Source of the DNA: Eledone cirrhosa | Taxonomy: Eukaryota | Assembly: GCA_964016885.1 (NCBI GenBank) | Contig: OZ024741.1 | Location: 172,422,001-172,486,000 of the forward strand | Direction: 5' to 3' | Length of the DNA: 64,000 nucleotides | In this document: positions 51,737 through 64,000 of the stretch, in pieces | Layout: every line of letters starts with the position of its first letter | How positions within the stretch are numbered: position 1 is the stretch's first letter | Position numbers and translations under genes: made by a program | The notes under the pieces: generated by a model | What the model saw: the letters and a program-made list of their open reading frames with translations, nothing else | Told to the model about the DNA's origin: nothing | Databases searched by the model: none

Positions 51737-51765
<29 letters not shown>
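51648..51765. repeat. (GAA)n microsatellite
   Basis: Direct inspection. Similar tracts lie at 41917-41981, 42193-42254 and 53354-53430. Confidence 0.95.
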
Positions 51766-51767
<2 letters not shown>

Positions 51768-52676
51768 TTGAAGCAATCGATGTTTATTCTGACTTGTATA
51801 AAGAAACTAGAAAGTAGTAGTTTATATGTATATATATATATATATAAAGAGAGAGAGAGAGAAAGAGAGAGAGTGAGAGTGAGAGTGAGAGAGAGAGAGA
51901 GGTGGAGAGGGAGAGGTTGTTAGTTCTTTTAATTCTGCGACTTTGTATTCCGACCTCATCTATTGGCCATAAAGTTTATAGATTCTGAGTATAGAATATA
52001 TTTATTATTAGTATCCTTTGAGGCCGGAGGATTGGCGTTAGAACATCGAACAAATGCTTACCAGTATTTGTTCTGTTTTTTCACGTTCTGGGTTTAGATA
52101 CCGCCGAGGTCAACGTGCCGGTCAAGTACTGGAGTCTATCTAATCAACGTTTTCTTTCGCTCCAAATGAGTGAACTTATGCCAAGATTAGAAAATATTAA
52201 GGGTCGATAAAATAAAGCACCAGTAATGCTCTGGGATAATTACTGGCCTTCTGCCAAAAGTAGAAACAATTACTACTATTCCTTCACCACGAGAGTGGTG
52301 GATTGGCAGTATTGGTAGAGCGCCGAATAAAATGATTTTGGTATTTAATGGCATATATGTACAAATATGATTGGTGGGGGCGAGAAAATGTGCCAGTTGC
52401 GATGCGAGTCGTAATTGACTGTAGCGGTGTAAATTGCATTCTGTGCAATTAGGAAACTAAAAAAAAGCATAACAAATGGACAAGATAAGGCGAGACTGTC
52501 AGTCTATATAAATATGTAGTCTTTCTCTTGTTTGTAAATAAATAATCAGCCAAACAAATATTTATATCTTCACATAAATCCATATATATTGAAGAAAAAT
52601 TAAAACACGGAAAAAACGAAAAGATAGGAAATGATGTGAATATATAATGACACAAAATTAATGAGGCAGAATAAAA

Positions 52677-53172
52677 TAATTGTTTCTACTTTTGGCACAA
52701 GGCCAGCGTATTACTGGTACAATATTCAGTGTATTACTGGTACTTTATTTTATCGACCCCGATGAAAGGCAAAGTGAACCTCGGCGGGATTTGAACTGAG
52801 ACTATAATAAGGCAGAATAAAACTGAGGCAGAATAAAATAATGTTTTCTGATTTAGGCACAAGGCCGACAATTTTGGGGGAAGGGAAAAGTCGATTAAAT
52901 CTACCCTAGTGCGTTACTGGTACTTTATGTTATCGATTCCCTAAGGATGAAATGCAAAGCTAAGCTCGGTGAGATTTGAACTCAGGAGGTATAGGGACAT
53001 AACTATATGCCGCAAAGCATGTTATCCGACGCTTTACGATACTTCCAATCCACTAATAATGAGAATAATGTTTTTTTTAGTAAGACACAAAGTCAACAAT
53101 TTTGGGGAAAGGAAAGACGATTAAATTGACTCTGGTACTTTATTTTATCGACCCCCGTAAGGATGAAAGGCG
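52677..53172 (-). mobile_element. Cluster of three SINE copies or fragments
   Basis: 52677-52805, 52840-53055 and 53065-53172 match the family. The direct repeat tgaggcagaataaaataat flanks the first. Confidence 0.8.
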
Positions 53173-54751
53173 AGTAAAAATGTGAGTAATATTGTTGTTT
53201 TTATTAGCCACAATTGGTTCACATCAAGAAAATATTAAGGCCGACATTGGACGGTACAATGTTGATGTTGTTGTTACTGTTATTTGTGCCGCTGTTACTA
53301 CCGAAGTTGTTGTTGTTAATGTTGAAGTAGACACTGCCCTCAAGGATCCTACCAAGAAGAAGAAGAAGAAGAAGAAGAAGAAGAAGAAGAAGAAGAAGAA
53401 GAAGAAGAAGAAGAAGAAGAAGAAGAAGAAAACATTGTATGTCTTTTGAATCCGTGGTTCATTCTATCTGACGAGTGATCGAAATTCACTTTTAAAGCTA
53501 AGATCGACTCGAGGCTTTGGTAAAAGTCACTTTGGTAAAGGACCCATAGATGAGGCGGTGAGATGGAACCTGGGAATTCGTAATTGCAAAGCGATCTTCC
53601 AGCTTGCTCCGCCATGTCAGCATCAATTGTGCGTACAAGTACCGCACAATAACCTAACCATTGTCGATACTTGCACACACCTAGCGGTATAAATGCCATT
53701 CTAGTCAGACTGCTAATTTTATCAATAATAATACCAGCACAACCACCACCACTACTACCAACACAATAACTACCAGCCCCAACAATACCTCCACCAATAC
53801 TACCACCATCACCCCCAACAACACTACTGCAAGCAACACCACTACTGCCTCCGCCACCACTGTAATGCTGGTAATGCCAAGTTGTATTCTAAAAAATATG
53901 GCGTCATTATCGATCTATGCTGTCGGCTGGTTTGGGATTATCAATCAAAGCTTTTATCGATCTATTGATCGCTCACAAATATCCATCTATCTGTTGAACT
54001 GATAGCCTGCTCATGCGTCAGTATGTGTGTGTGTACTTAGGTGCGTGTAGTTTATTTAGGCTGATCCAGTAGCCTGTTAATCTAGATATTTCTCAACGTC
54101 TGATCGGTTCCTCATGAAATAAAAACAAAGGAAAATACTGGGCTAGTTCTGTTATGCCTTTGTTGAATAAAGTATACTATACTCTACGGTGGTATTGAGT
54201 ACTTGCTCCCACCTTCATTAAACTCCCCGTGTACCTTATGTGTGAGTATGTGTGTGTATTTATTCGCAGCCAAACATCTATCAGTGCATATATAAATATA
54301 TGTACACCTACATATATATTCCTATTCATAGATAAACGTATACCTTTTATCGCCATTAACATACATACCCGTATCCACACAGCACCGACATATATACGCA
54401 CATCCGGTGTAATCACTTTATCTACTGAAAGATCATAGATATTTTTAGAAATGTCTAACTGTATGGCTGGCTGGCTGAAGTATTATGAAGAATGATTGAA
54501 ATTATCAGGAACTGTTGGGATAGTTGGGTACTTACTGAATTGCTTTACTTCACCTACCTACCTACTCTCTCTTCATTGTATTGCTGCCATCCTTTCAGAA
54601 AATCATGCCAATCCGCAGATAGCTTTGTCTGTAAAAACTACATATTATTGTGATTGCTTCGTCTGCCATCGGCTAAAAATGCTGTTCATGATAGCTACTA
54701 AAAAAGATGGCCGTTCGATTGATACTTTATATGACAGCTATCTAGAGTGAA

Positions 54752-55060
54752 GGCGTATGGCTTAGTGGTTAGAGCGTCAGGTTGTGAGTTCGATTCTCGG
54801 ACCAGGTGATGCGTTGTGTTATTGAGTAAGACACTTTATTTCACGTTGCTCCAATTCACTCAGCTGTAGCAATGAGTTGTGACATCACTGGTGCCAAACA
54901 GTATCGGTCATTGCCGTTCCCTTGGACAACATCGGTGGCATGGAGAGGAGAGACAGGTATGCATGGATGACTGCTGGTCTTCCACAAACAACCTTGCCCA
55001 GACTTGTGGTGTAACTTTCTAGGTGCAAATCCCATGGTCATTTGTGATCGAAGGGTTTTT
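54752..55060 (+). mobile_element. Second tRNA-derived SINE family (CORE-like)
   Basis: A-box tggcttagtgg, B-box gagttcgattc, and ttgagtaagacactttatttcacgttgctcc. Degenerate relatives lie at 24830-24900 and 42608-42725. Confidence 0.8.
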
Positions 55061-55324
55061 TTTACCCAATCTAGAGAGAAATTGGCACCAGTTGGTATTG
55101 GCACTGCAAATTGCTATGTCCGGCCAATGCACTTAACATGTAAATAAATGTCAAAAGAGAATTGTTATTAAGCCACACGCAGGTCAGGCCCAATGACTGA
55201 TGACGATGGCGATTAATAGTAGTAGTAGTAGTAGTTGTTGTTGTTGTCAAACGTCATCTCCAACCAAGAAAATCTGTAAACAAATGTTTCATGTCAGTAA
55301 CAATCTTCTCCTGTTTTCAAATAA

Positions 55325-55500
55325 TATTTGTTTCTACTATTGGCACAAGGCCTGCAATTATCTCAGTTCATAACTAGTACTTAATTTTATCGACTCCGTA
55401 AGGATGAAAGGCAAAGTTAACCTCGGTGGGTCTTGAAATCAGATCATAAAGGGCCGTAACTCTGTGTTGCAAAGCATGGCGTCCGATCTACCGATACTAT
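55325..55500 (-). mobile_element. tRNA-derived SINE
   Basis: Reverse complement of the family consensus. Confidence 0.85.
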
Positions 55501-55664
55501 GTATTATTATTTGGTTGCTATTTCTGGCAGATAATTTGACCATTTCATGGCATCTTTGTTGGCTCATTTGTATCTTAGTTGTTGTTGGTGGTGGCGATGA
55601 TGATGTTGTTGTTGTTTTTGTTGGTTCGTGTTGTTTGTTATTTTATTGCTGTTATTTCTAAGGG

Positions 55665-55880
55665 CAGTGGATTGGCAGTATGGGTAGAGGGTCGGCCACC
55701 ATGTTTTTCAGCATAGAGTTACGGCCCTTTATGATCTGAGTTCAAATCCCGCCGAGATTAACTTTGCCTTTCATCCTTACGGGGTCGATAAAATAAAATA
55801 CCATTCACGCACTGGGATCGATTTAATGGTCTTTCCCCTCCCCCAAAATTGCTGGCCTTGTGCCTATATAAGAAACTATT
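55665..55880 (+). mobile_element. tRNA-derived SINE (long form)
   Basis: Full head, body and tail. Confidence 0.9.
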
Positions 55881-56754
55881 GTTATTATTTCTTCGATGTT
55901 AAACCATATTTGACACGAATTTATGATGAATTGGTATGTAGTTCAGGTATTCTAACGCCTGGAATACTTATATTAGGAACAGGCGATGGATTTCTCATTG
56001 TTAGCAATATGGCTGATGGTTATGCGGGGGTTGGGGATATAATGACTTGTGCTGATATTTTTAGCCCCAAGGCAGATTTAATGAACAGAACCTGTTTTCA
56101 AAGGTGTCCAATCCATAACCATTCTGCCTATTGTTTTTTTCAGACAGAACTACATTACACAATGTGTCTTCTGTAAAAAGTCAATCTGTGGTTTGCGAGG
56201 AATTTAGCTGATATTTCCAGTAGATCAAGCTCTTAAGTAAAACTTCCTCGAATGCTGCTAATGTTCTTATATAACTTTAGGTTATCCCGATCGAGAAAGC
56301 CTATAATTAAAGGTGTTCTGCCGTGGCAGTATCATTTTTTTTTTTACCAGACAACATTATACAGAGTATCCTTACATTTTAAGAGGTAGCACCAGAGAGC
56401 TGCTATTTCCACTTTCTCAGGTGAATAAATTTAGGCTCCTTATGTGGCTTTTCAAGTATTATTTGTAGTGTTATTCTAAATAAGAGCAGAATTGGCCAAC
56501 TAAGACACGGTCTGAACATACCAATCACCTTTACTCCGTACTTATTATCATCTGCGGTGTGCACACCAGTCAGTACAAGTCCCTATCCCTCAGTAGTCTA
56601 TCGAAGTATATTACATGAGTTGAACCCCAAAACTATAAAACAGAGGATCTGTTGATAGATTTGACTTACTGCCACTACATGCGTTTAATTTACACCTCAC
56701 CAATACTCATACATACGCGTGCGTATATATATATATAGATATATATATATATAT

Positions 56755-56953
56755 TTCGTTTCTGAATTTGTTTCGCAAGATTCTTTATCTGAAATCGTGT
56801 GTTGAAACCGATATTGTTATACTTTGGGAGGGTCATGTTGCCAATAAGAAACACATTTATAAATTCCTAAATTTATAAATTTATTATAATAAATTGAAGT
56901 GAAAGCAACTGGTGCGTGTGTTTCTTATTGGCAACATGACCCTCCCAAAGTAT

Positions 56954-56993
<40 letters not shown>

Positions 56994-57170
56994 AATAAAT
57001 ACATACTATATATATACATACTACAATAAATAAATACATACTATATATGTATCAAATGCATACATTCATATATACATCGCTATTTCAGAGCACCAATACT
57101 GATATATATATATATATATATATATGCTCTAAAATAGCGATGTATATATGAATGTATGTATTTGATACAC
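56755..57170. repeat. Two short fold-backs between (TA)n tracts (56811-56961 and ~57050-57170)
   Basis: The first has perfect ~45-bp arms atattgttatactttgggagggtcatgttgccaataagaaacaca. The second pair is gtatcaaatgcatacattcatatatacatcgctattt and its reverse complement. Confidence 0.85.
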
Positions 57171-58296
57171 ACACATATATATATATATATGCATACGCGC
57201 GCGTATGTATGTGTATTGGTGAGGTGTATATATATAAAACACACTCACTGTATATATATAGAGACACAGAGTATCACAAGTGTGCGATGAAAGAACTTTG
57301 ATGAACTATATATATATATATTTATATCTATATTTTAACTGTTGTTCAATCAATGATAAACATCGATTGCCAGCTAAACTAACTATAGGGATATAAAATA
57401 TACGAAATCCAAAACCAATCCAAACCAAACAGTGAGTGTGTTTCATTATATATTGGTGGCAATATTATAACAATATGACAATCCCCAAATATAACAATGT
57501 GTGTGTGTGTGTGTATTGTTTGATTATCTGGGTTTGTCGATCTTAAAATGAGTATATTATATAACATTCGTAATGCACATTTTAGAGGAATTAGACTATT
57601 ATTATGTAATGGTATAATTCCGGAAATGTGTTTTATACGGATGTTATATAATATAATAACTGGAAGGAGGGAAACAGAATCGTCCCTCCATTTTTAATAA
57701 CATGTGTGCATGTATATATGTGTTCATATATATATGTGTGCATGTGCATATGTATATACGTAACCATATATGTGCACTCTAGAGTAAATTGCGTATATTT
57801 GTATTTCAATATATTGCTTAATTGAATTTTCAAGTATTTTCTGAAAAATTATGAAATATTTATTCACAAAATAAATTTTGAGAAATTAAAATCAAAGAGA
57901 AATAATTTTAAACGAGTATTCGTTACTAATTACTTATGGTTGTTCTGTAGGGAATTTCTCCTTGCACTCATGATAAGAGATAATCTGCATGTGGTATTCT
58001 TAACCTCACATTTTCGTTTCAGTGAGATAATTGTCAAAAACCAGCTGTCGTCAAACGTGGCAAATTATGACATTCAAATCCATTAAAACTCATTAAATAA
58101 TCATAATTATTATATATATATATTCAAAACGAATGCACAAGCTGCGCGCATGTTGCTTGACTTAATTCTGTCAGTTATTTACATCATGCAAATATAAATG
58201 CATAGATCTGAATTATTTTCTTCTTCTTCAACATTAACAACAACAACAAAAACTTCGGTAGTAACAGCGGCACAAATAACAGTAACAACAGCAGCA

Positions 58297-61200
58297 ACAT
58301 TCTTCACCCTGGTAGGGCCCTTGAGGGCAGAGTCTTCAAGCAGGCCTTTCAGCTTCAAGTCTTCAAGCAGGCCTTTCATGTCAGAAGCAAGCATTTCCAA
58401 TTCATCCGGCTGTCTCCCCAAGTGAGATCAGATGAGCTCTTAGATGTCCTCCAAACATCTTGCTCGGGGTTTCCTCCTTGTTCTCCTGCCAGTTGGTTTT
58501 GCCCGTAAAATCTGACCAGCGTCCATAATTTCAATTTGGAGAAGTAGCGACTCTAACTGAAGCGATTCACTGATCTCCGAGTTACGCACTATATCGAGTG
58601 ACGTTAATCAAAAGGCCCTTCGGAGGAAACCTATTTCAGTCACTTGTATTCGTGATCGTATTCTTTCGGTCATTATCTAAGATTCATTACCTTATGTTAG
58701 GTTTGGTATGAATACTGGATTGAAGATAGCGAGTTTGGCCTTTACACCAACCTCCCCTCTTAATACTCCATGCCGAAGTGGCCGCATTACTGCGGCAGCT
58801 CCTGCAATTCATGTACTTAATTCAGCCTTCTACCTTGCCATCGCTCGTGAACATGACTCCGACATACTTGAAATTCTTTTTATTCTTCAGTGAAACGCCA
58901 CTCATATACAGAGTACTTTGTGCAGGCTTCCCCGAGAGGACGAATCTTTCATCAGTCTTCGCAGCACTGATTTTCATTCCTGCCATGCAGCACTCGGCCG
59001 CATAGCTATAAAGTGCGTGTCGGAAATTACCTACAGACGAATTAGGTAGTACCACATCGTCCGTAAATTTCAGCTGACTGATCGTGCAGAGTGACAATAA
59101 GGTTTCCATTGATCCAATACTCCAGCAGAACCTTCCACAACGGGTATCATGGAACGCGGTCATATACCTTTTCGAGGTCTACGAAACAAGAATACATCTC
59201 TTGGCAATACTCACACTACTTCTCAAAGACCGGAAGCGAAAGTCCCACTGTTCTTCAGCTCTCTTGCACTCGACAATATACCTATATCTCTTTGCCAGAC
59301 ACTTAGCATAAACTTAGCAATCACTCTTGTCTCCCTTTTTGAAAATTAGGATTATCATTCCCGATTGCCATTGCTTAGTTGCTTTTCCAGATTCCAGGCC
59401 ACCCGGTTCACACGAGTCAGGCAGAATACTTTCTCTACTTAGGGATTTTAATTGTCTCTCTTGTGACCTCTGCCTTCGTGTGGTCAGTCATCACTACCAA
59501 AGGGACCTCGTGTACATTAGTAGATGGTGCTGCGACCAGTTTTAGGCGATCAACAAAGTATTCCCTCCACCACACGAAGATGCACTTATCCCAGACGTAT
59601 TCATAATAGCATTCGGTGGGTTGTCTGCCAGAGCCTTTATTTGCTGATCTGAAGTCGCATTCAAGCGTAATCCCAAAGTCCTCTCATGTCTTAACTTTCT
59701 GTCTTTGCTTTGACTTTTTGCACCTGATTTTTTCCACAAGTGAAGAAAGTGTGGACTACTTTCCAAGACAAGCTTTCTAAGCCACAGTTTTTGCTCGGAT
59801 GGCATCTTTTACCACTTGATTTAACCAAAAGGTTCTCCTACCACTCGGCGCCTCACCAAGCCGCTTTCACCAGCAGCATTTAACAGCTTAAGCAGAATTA
59901 CATGAGCTGAACAGTCTCCACTCCGTTTCAACGTCCTCAGTTTGCTCAGGGATTTTCTGAACTTGATTCAATAGTATCTACAAACCTATTCCTGACTTCC
60001 TTAACTACGCGTGCCTCCCACTTTATCCTGTAGGTCGAACGGGACATGAACATTTTGTGATCTCGCATGTTGCAAATAACGATGATCAGTTGACAGCTCA
60101 ACCCCGCACGAACATCCAGTACAGAATCAAAGAGATCAGAGACAATAATTGTTTCTACTTTTGGCACAAGGCCAGCAATTATCCCAGTGCATTAGCGGCA
60201 CTTTATTTTATCGACCCCGTAAGGATGAAAGGCAAAGTTAACCTCGGCGGGATTTGAACTCAGATCATAAGAGGAGGTAACTCTATGCTTCAAAACATGG
60301 CGTCCGACCCTTACCGATACTGCCAATCCATCCAATAATAAAATCAGTTATAGATCTCTATCCTGATTCCTCTTATACCTATACCATGTATATTTATGGA
60401 TATCTTTGAGCTGGATTTGGGTGTTCATAATAGAGACCCCATTACTAGAATAGTTGTCTAATAAGGTTTCTTCGTTCCTATTAAAATTGAGATTCTCGTT
60501 CCTTTCAATCACTCCTTTCCATGTCAGGTAGTCATTGCCAACATGTACATTGAAGTCTCCCATTATGATATATGCATCAAGGAAGTATCTGTATTCAGGA
60601 TCTCTCTTTGGCGTATAAAGTCTTTTCTCTCAGCTTTTCGCTCAGTTTTAAGAGGCAAATCCTCCCAACGAATGGTCTCCATTCCATAACATATATCACA
60701 ACAGGGAGCTTGTGAGTATCACTTGTGCTGTCTTTTTTGTCGCCCCACACCCAAATAGTGGAGTTTCCATCATCCATCCAAGTCAACTGTACCAGAACCA
60801 GGGAGGTTTGTTGAGGAAACTCCCACCTATACCTAGTCGGTAGCATCTGGCCTCGTCCACTTCTTCCAGCTCCTTACCTGTAAGAGATGTAACGTGCCAA
60901 TTACCAATTTTCAAGGTTTGCTCCCTTTCGGATCCTCTCTGGAATATCGGGATACTTAACCTTTGCGCTTCCATCCCCCATCTCCCAGGAGAGGTCGCTG
61001 ATGAATCGCCAGTTCTTGGAGCATTGGGTGAAGACTGTAGTGTAGTTTTTGAAAAGGCCCCTCTTCCTATGACCTGAATACGTCCCTTGTAATTCCACGC
61101 GAAGAGCAATACAGTATGGTTTTCTTTACTGTTTCCGGTCATATTACAGGTTTTTGTGGTCTCATTCGCACCAGTCACCAATTTGATACTAGGCTTTTGA

Positions 61201-61440
61201 GAGGTGGCCAGTACTCGCCTCATCGTAGCTATATCGCACTGGGTTGTGAAAGTTTTCTTAGGAATTAACAATGTCACCCCTTGCTCCACCCCTCTTATAG
61301 TTGATCTGTGATTGCTTATTCATCCAACAAGAGACCACTTATATGGCAACTAACCATCATATCTGTTGGCTATAACGCTATCTGAGACCTGCGGCCGGCT
61401 GTCTAGCAGAACAGCTCTGCCGAGAAGGGTACTCCCTTTG
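58297..61440 (-). mobile_element. Near full-length degenerate RTE LINE (APE plus RT)
   Basis: LKIGNWHVTSLTGKE, MGDFNVHVGNDYLTWKGVI, DFIIVSD, FVDLEKVY, FTDDVV, GMKISAAKT, NFKYVGVMFTSDG. The 3' end is ctgccctcaagggccctacc followed by gaagaa. Confidence 0.9.
60146..60331 (-). mobile_element. SINE inserted into the RTE APE domain, TSD CAATAAT
   Basis: The TSD occurs at 60143-60149 and 60332-60338. Removing the SINE restores the DFIIV codons. Confidence 0.9.
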
Positions 61441-61467
61441 TTGCAGTAATAATCTCTTGTTGCATTA

Positions 61468-61657
61468 ATAATTGTTTCTACGTTAGGCACAAGGCCAGCA
61501 ATTACCCAGTGCATTACTGGTACTTTATTTTATCGACCCCGTAAGGATGAAAGGCAAAGTTAACCTTGGCGGTATTTGAACTCAGAAAGGCAAGGGCCGT
61601 AACTCTATACATCAAAGCATGGCGTCCGACCCTCTACCAATACTGCCAATCCACCGT
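61468..61657 (-). mobile_element. tRNA-derived SINE with 17-bp TSD CTTGTTGCATTAATAAT
   Basis: The TSD occurs at 61456-61472 and 61660-61676. Confidence 0.93.
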
Positions 61658-63006
61658 CACTTGTTGCATTAATAATGTCTTATTGTTTAAATTATAAAAT
61701 CAAATGAGCTAATTCTGAAATGCTGTGTTGGTCTTATCAGTATCAATTCTTTTAATACTCATTATGTCGAATTATATTTATTCCTACATTTCTTAAATCC
61801 TACTAAAATGTATTATTTTGACCTGTTCTACAAATTTTTATTAAAAGAGGTCATTGTGACTCGGCCCCATGTATCTCAATTTATTATGCTGTATTAATTG
61901 TACAAGAGTAACTGAATTTAGTAATGATATTGATAGTTTTTGTTGTAAGTTGTAATTTATATCTAATTATAACAAACTAATAATGTTTCAGTCTTAGTTA
62001 AATTTAATTTATTATCCCATATTTTGAATTCACGTCATGTCAGGGTAACCGAAAATGAATTACAATATAAATCAATTTCAATCTAAATTATATTACTGTG
62101 CAATTGCACGCACTGTGTTTCCATAGGTGTATAGAAGAAATAATAAGTATAAAATTGGTAAAAATAAAATTAATAAACCTAAAATCGATAAACATAAAAT
62201 TAAAAATTGATAAATGAAAAATAAAAGCAAAGTAAATACAGCAATGAAACAATGTAATAACTTAAACTAAATTAGGGCCATGTAAATATACAAGAAGTAA
62301 AACAATATTAGAGAGTACTTTTAATGATAGAGATAGAATTAATAAAGGTTAGCAAAAGTTCAGGAATAGAAGAAAAAAAGGAAATGAATGCTGATAGAAT
62401 GGCAGTCATTGGCAACAATAGAGTTGCAGTCCGAGGTACCCGCCCTGTAGGTGATTCGCATATTGGCTATAATGCAATGTTTGCACTTAATAGTGAGTGA
62501 TGGAGTAAGAGAAGGTTTGTTAAACGGGACAAAATATTAAATCAAACTGCAACTTAAGTAGAGTAGGAATACGTATGTCGATATAATGAATATGTCAGAT
62601 AGAGTCAATAAGATGATTAATAATACATTTCACACCTACCTGATTAAATATTACATTTAGCATAATTCAAACATTAATACAAGATTCTGATCAATGCAAC
62701 AATGAACATTTGAAATATAACGCCTTTTGAATAATATTATAGAATTATGCTTACATAATAAAAAAAAAACACAGAATTTAATCAAGCCCCATGTATTCAT
62801 TCAGTTCATTTGGGATGCATGTGTGCAAAATATATGATTATTTAATTAAATTTTAATAATTGAAATGTCATACTTTGCCTTGTTTGGCAAGATTGTTGAT
62901 AGTTACAAAAATATAAATATTGCCTCAAGATAAATGTCACCTCCTGGTTATTTTTTTAAGAAAAAAAGCAAAAGCGAAAAAAAGGATTCGTCGTTGACAT
63001 AAAAAT

Positions 63007-63049
<43 letters not shown>

Positions 63050-63054
<5 letters not shown>

Positions 63055-63420
63055 ATAGAGGTGTAAAACACGAGTTGTGATATATTGGTAAAAGGAAAAG
63101 AAAATGCTGACAAATTGTTCCCAGTGAAAAATAGTTTAATTAGGAATAAGTAAAAATTAGTAATAAGTATTGGTTAGTATTCAGTTTTAGTTTTAAGTTT
63201 TTACCGGTTTCGCATTTCTAATGCTTTTCAAAAATAATTTTGAGATAGAGCGCCCGTGATGTTTGCTCTAATCTGCTGATTAGTTTTGGAAATTCTACCT
63301 ATTTTATGTGAAAAAAGTGGCTCCAGAGGTATTAAAATAAGTTTCGCGACAATTCGTGTTGCAAAAATTCTTGTAGTCAAAACAATTTTGATTGGTCGGT
63401 AGAGGTCACGTGAATGTTAA
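63050..63420. mobile_element. Further copy of the 32.5-34.2 kb PLE pLTR sequence
   Basis: aaaaggaaaagaaaatgctgaca...tttgagatagagcg and tttgattggtcggtagaggtcacgtgaa match 32525-32955. (TA)n lies to the left. Confidence 0.85.
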
Positions 63421-63628
63421 AAATTGATTTTGCGCCAAATGTAGGTTTGTCGAAGAGTGTCCTTTTTCGCCTGATTGAGAAGCCACTGAAAAATAAGTCT
63501 TTTAAGACAAATATGTGTGTGTGTGTGTGTAGTAAAGAGGTTCATTGTTGTGATAATGGTCAGTAGGGATGTGTGTGTGAATTGCAGTCATGTTGAAAGG
63601 TCAACAGTTCAGGTGCCTATTAAGACAA

Positions 63629-63862
<234 letters not shown>

Positions 63863-64000
63863 CAGAGTAATTCGTGGTAGAGATATCGCTTAGTAGGAAT
63901 GTGTCTGTACGTGTGTGGGGGATATTTTAACATGTTGAAAGATATTTTTCAGCTCTTGTCTTATACGGAGAAGTGTGTGTGTGTGTGTGTGTGTGTGTAT

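Noticed and set aside
55826-56176. 116-aa ORF as a host exon
   Set aside because: It starts inside a SINE, and no domain or splice context was recognised.

Overview
AT-rich, microsatellite-dense eukaryotic intergenic or intronic DNA. The SINE families and repeat landscape point to a coleoid cephalopod, probably Octopus (inferred, not verified). I found no convincing host protein-coding exon. The window is a mosaic of mobile elements: RTE-clade LINE remnants, including one near full-length copy at ~58.3-61.4 kb; Penelope-like elements (PLEs: one RT, three GIY-YIG endonuclease ends); R4/Dong-like and CRE-like restriction-like-endonuclease (REL) remnants; about 20 tRNA-derived SINEs; two non-autonomous Helitrons; a mariner; a MITE; and a degenerate SGNH-esterase element. 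The most notable pattern is about a dozen fold-back (inverted-duplication) structures, most of them bordered by (TA)n tracts. Many carry minimal type-I hammerhead ribozyme (HHR) motifs from several unrelated families. This suggests (TA)n-targeting, ribozyme-bearing PLE or retrozyme-like elements that insert as palindromes. All alignments and folds were read by eye, so boundaries are approximate.
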